64,000 bases of DNA, taken from NCBI GenBank assembly GCA_045119455.1, contig JBGVDR010000120.1:1941-65940 (forward strand). Reading direction: 5' to 3'. A program made the translations under genes and the position numbers. This DNA is from Faecousia sp. GTDB lineage: Bacteria > Bacillota > Clostridia > Oscillospirales > Oscillospiraceae. The notes beneath the pieces are model-generated. The model was not told the DNA's origin and searched no databases. It saw only the letters and a program-made list of their open reading frames with translations. Positions 60,648 to 64,000 of this stretch are shown one piece after another (within the stretch, counting starts at the first letter, position 1; every line of letters begins with the position of its first letter).

Positions 60648-62609
60648 TTAGCACAGCTTGGCACCGGCGGGAATGGCGTCATCCACCATGAGCAGGTTCA
60701 GCTTTTCCTCGCCATCGACGGTGTGGATGGCACTCAGCAGCATGCCGCAGGATTCCCGACCCATCATCTTCCGGGGGGGCAGGTTCACGATGGCCACCAG
60801 GGTCTTGCCAATCAGTTCCTCAGGCTTGTAGTACTTGGCGATGCCGGAGAGAATCTGGCGGTTGGTGCCGGTGCCGTCGTCCAGAGTGAACTGCAGGAGC
60901 TTGTCGCTCTTTTTCACGTTGCAGCAGTCCAGGACCTTCACGGCGCGCAAATCGCTCTTGCAGAAGGTGTCAAAGTCCACATTATCCTCGGCGTAGGGCT
61001 CGATTTCCAGAGCGGGCTTGGCGGGCTTTTTCAGCTCCTCCAGGGCTGCCAGCTCCTTCTCCACGTCCAGGCGGGGGAACAGGGGGGCGCCGACGGTGGT
61101 GTTCCAAACAGCGTTTTCGTCAGCGCAGTAGCACTGGGCATTCCAGGCACGGGCGTTGGCGGACACATTCAGCTGGTTGAAAATCTTCTCGGCGGTTTCG
61201 GGCATGAAGGGGGTAATCAAAATGGCGGCGATGCGGATGCACTCGCACAGATTCTTCATAACGGTCAGCAGACGGGGCAGGGTGTCCTCACTCTTGGCCA
61301 GAATCCAGGGCGTGGTCTCATCGATATATTTGTTGGCACGGTCCAGCAGGCGGAAAACCTCGTTCAGCGCAATGGAGAACTGGAACTTATCCATCTGCTT
61401 CTCATAATTGGCAATCACATCTGCGGCCAGGGCCTTCAGTTCGCTGTCCAGCTCGGCGCTTTCGCCGCCGACGTTCAGGGTGCCGCCGAAGTACTTCTGG
61501 TTCATAGCAGTGGTGCGACTGACCAGATTGCCCAGGGTATTGGCAAGGTCCGTGTTGATGGTGCCCATCAGCAGCTCGTTGGTGAAGTTGCCATCAGAGC
61601 CGAAGGGGAAGGTCCGCAGCAGGAAGAACCGCAGGGCATCCACGCCAAAACGCTCGGACAGGACATAGGGATCCACCACGTTGCCCCGGGACTTGGACAT
61701 TTTCTCGCCGTTGAAGTTCAGCCAGCCGTGACCGTAGACCTTCTTGGGCAGGGGCAGGTTCAGGCTCATGAGCATTGCGGGCCAGATGATGGCGTGGAAA
61801 CGGACGATTTCCTTGCCCACGAAGTGTACATCAGCGGGCCAGAAGGCGGACAAATCGTCGTACTTGTCGTTTTCGAAGCCCAGGGCGGTCATATAGTTAA
61901 ACAGAGCGTCAATCCAGACGTAGACCACGTGACCGGGGTCGAAGTCCACGGGCACGCCCCAGGTGAAGCTGGTGCGGCTGACGCACAGGTCTTCCAGACC
62001 GGGCTTGATGAAGTTGTTGACCATCTCGTTGACACGGCTCCGGGGCTCCAGGAAGTCGGTGTTCTCCAGCAAATCCTGGATTCGGTCGGCGTACTTGCCA
62101 AGGCGGAAGAAGTAGGCCTCTTCCTCGGCGTCCTGCACGTCACGACCGCAGTCGGGGCATTTGCCGTCCACCAGCTGGCTCTCGGTCCAGAAGCTCTCGC
62201 AGGGCTTGCAATACTTGCCCTTGTAGGTGCCCTTGTAGATGTCGCCATTGTCGTACATCTTCTTGAAAATCTTCTGGATGGCGGCCATGTGGTAGTCGTC
62301 GGTGGTGCGGATGAAGCGGTCGTAGCTGATGTTCATCAGCTTCCACAGATCCAGCACGCCCTTCTCGCCTAGCACGATGTTGTCCACGAACTGCTGGGGG
62401 GTGATGCCTGCCTCCTTGGCCTTGTCCTCGATTTTCTGGCCGTGCTCGTCGGTGCCGGTGAGGAACTTGACGTTGTAGCCTTGCAGGCGCTTGTAGCGGG
62501 CCATGGTATCGGTGGCTACGGTGCAGTAGGCATGACCGATATGCAGGTTGGCAGAGGGATAGTAGATGGGAGTGGTAATGTAGTAATTACCCTTACAGTT
62601 TTGGCACAT
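60648..62609 (-). CDS. metG: Methionyl-tRNA synthetase
   Basis: ITTPIYY, HIGH, KMSKS, C-terminal tRNA-binding OB domain. Confidence 0.98.
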   Translation of the reverse strand: MCQNCKGNYYITTPIYYPSANLHIGHAYCTVATDTMARYKRLQGYNVKFLTGTDEHGQKIEDKAKEAGITPQQFVDNIVLGEKGVLDLWKLMNISYDRFIRTTDDYHMAAIQKIFKKMYDNGDIYKGTYKGKYCKPCESFWTESQLVDGKCPDCGRDVQDAEEEAYFFRLGKYADRIQDLLENTDFLEPRSRVNEMVNNFIKPGLEDLCVSRTSFTWGVPVDFDPGHVVYVWIDALFNYMTALGFENDKYDDLSAFWPADVHFVGKEIVRFHAIIWPAMLMSLNLPLPKKVYGHGWLNFNGEKMSKSRGNVVDPYVLSERFGVDALRFFLLRTFPFGSDGNFTNELLMGTINTDLANTLGNLVSRTTAMNQKYFGGTLNVGGESAELDSELKALAADVIANYEKQMDKFQFSIALNEVFRLLDRANKYIDETTPWILAKSEDTLPRLLTVMKNLCECIRIAAILITPFMPETAEKIFNQLNVSANARAWNAQCYCADENAVWNTTVGAPLFPRLDVEKELAALEELKKPAKPALEIEPYAEDNVDFDTFCKSDLRAVKVLDCCNVKKSDKLLQFTLDDGTGTNRQILSGIAKYYKPEELIGKTLVAIVNLPPRKMMGRESCGMLLSAIHTVDGEEKLNLLMVDDAIPAGAKLC

Positions 62610-62630
62610 AACAAAAGCCTCCTAAAAATG

Positions 62631-62866
62631 AAAAAATCGCCCTTGGAAAATCCAAGGGCGACAAAAATGACGCGGTACCACCTTGATTCACAAAATAAAA
62701 CAACCTTATTTTGCCTCAAAACGCTATAACGGGCGTGCCCGGGGAAGCCTACCTATCGACATCCCGGCTCCGAGACCATGTTCCGCTGTCTTTGCCGTGC
62801 CCATTTTCACCAAACAGGGCTCTCTGACCGGGTATCCCAGCGTACTCTTCTCTTCTTCGCTTTTTC
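62631..62866 (-). ncRNA. T-box riboswitch (Met specifier) in the metG leader
   Basis: AAGGTGGTACCGCG T-box (62684-62671), AGAGA and GGTGAA stem-I motifs, GAAC-ATG specifier (62779-62777), terminator TCGCCCTTGGA/TCCAAGGGCGA plus U-run. Confidence 0.92.
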
Positions 62867-62961
62867 AGTATACCCGGTATTATAGCGTAAATACCCCGAT
62901 TTTGTCAATAGGAACGTGGAAATAATCCCGGCTCCGTGGGGAGCCGGGATAAAAGGCGGGG

Positions 62962-64000
62962 TTATTCTGCGGCGACCTTCTTGACGATTTTGATGACGAT
63001 GCTGCAAATCAGCATGGCCAGACCCACCAACAGAAGGATGTAGTGCACCGGGGCAATCAGCTTCACAATCAGACCGACCAGGCTGGAAATCATGTCTGCC
63101 TGGGCGGTGCCCAGGGAGGCGGAGAACAAATCGCCGATGATGTTGGGCATCAGCTGCAGCAGCAGGGTGGGCAGCGCCAGCAGTCCGCCCACAATCACCA
63201 GGGAGGTGCCCGCCCAGTTCAAGGTGGCGTACAGGCGCATCCAGTTGGTGAAGAACAGCAGCACGATGATCAGCACATTGATGCAAATCAGAATCACCAG
63301 AGCGGTGTCGGAGGTGACGAACCGGAACTGCTCCAGCAAATCCTTCACGGTCATATCGTCGCCCAGGATGGGGGTGGTTTCGATGACCTCGAAGACCTCT
63401 TCCCGAATCATGGCGTTCAGATCGTTCTCTGCAACGAATTCCTCCACGTCCTCTTTGACCTTCTCGATGTCCACGTTGACCTCGTATTCACCGAAGACCT
63501 CTTCAATCAGCTTCTCGTTTTCGTCGATGATTTCAATGATTTCATCTGCGGTGATTTCGGTGTTCTGGGTGCCGTTGAGGAAGTCATCCACATAAGAGGA
63601 GAGCTTGTCGGTTAGGGCTTCTTTGGCAGTGGAGCGTTCCACAAACTCCTTCATCTGCTCCTGGGTAACGGTCATTTCGTCACCAAAGTAGTCCTTCAAA
63701 TAATCGTAGGTCCAATCCAGAATGGTGTCCAGGCTGTCGCCAGAACCGGAGGACTGACCGCCGACGGCGCCAACCAGGAGGGAATTTGGGGTTTCCACGG
63801 AGCCGGAGAGCATAGAGGTCAGCAATTGGTCCATATTGTCTTTCTTGGTAAGCTGACGCAGGTCCAGCACCACCGCAGTGGCCAGAATGCTGACGCAGAG
63901 CACCAGGCACAGCAGGAAGGACAGGAATCTCAGCAGAATTCGCACGCCGAGAGGGGGCACGTGCTTGGCCTTGAGGGCGCGCCTGGGCTTGTCAGCCTTT
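62962..64000 (-). CDS. Membrane protein with large acidic extracytoplasmic domain; 5' end outside window
   Basis: Frame open beyond 63960 to the window edge; one N-side TM, acidic helical region, three C-terminal TMs. Confidence 0.8.
   Translation of the reverse strand, partial: KADKPRRALKAKHVPPLGVRILLRFLSFLLCLVLCVSILATAVVLDLRQLTKKDNMDQLLTSMLSGSVETPNSLLVGAVGGQSSGSGDSLDTILDWTYDYLKDYFGDEMTVTQEQMKEFVERSTAKEALTDKLSSYVDDFLNGTQNTEITADEIIEIIDENEKLIEEVFGEYEVNVDIEKVKEDVEEFVAENDLNAMIREEVFEVIETTPILGDDMTVKDLLEQFRFVTSDTALVILICINVLIIVLLFFTNWMRLYATLNWAGTSLVIVGGLLALPTLLLQLMPNIIGDLFSASLGTAQADMISSLVGLIVKLIAPVHYILLLVGLAMLICSIVIKIVKKVAAE

Overview
Chromosomal housekeeping and accessory region of a moderately GC-rich anaerobic Firmicute (Clostridia). 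Oscillospiraceae-like is my inference from gene content, the CIRCE, T-box and PerR sites, and codon bias. The window holds a deo nucleoside-catabolism operon, an NfeD/SPFH operon, bioY, mtaB, pta, guaB, perR with a reverse rubrerythrin, nrdR, thyA and folA separated by an ABC/two-component block, lspA, an amino-acid ABC transporter, groESL, a Na+-translocating oxaloacetate-type decarboxylase operon, acetylase-pathway dap genes, a maltodextrin ABC transporter with an amylase, secA, pgeF and T-box-controlled metG. I saw no rRNA, tRNA, CRISPR array, transposase or phage genes. Three observations stand out. (1) A surface protein missed by the ORF track (minus strand, start 1506, runs off the left edge) has signal peptide, Ig-like domain, an INTERNAL sortase signal (VPETG, TM, KNK) and then a second signal peptide and further extracellular domains, suggesting an anchor-plus-cargo polyprotein. 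(2) Several dispersed intergenic repeat families are present, including an inverted-repeat-bounded element with variable REP-like cargo and palindromic heptamer arrays. (3) Tandem TMEM164/YwaF-like membrane proteins sit divergent from an SGNH hydrolase. All family assignments come from motif recognition by eye; no searches were run.
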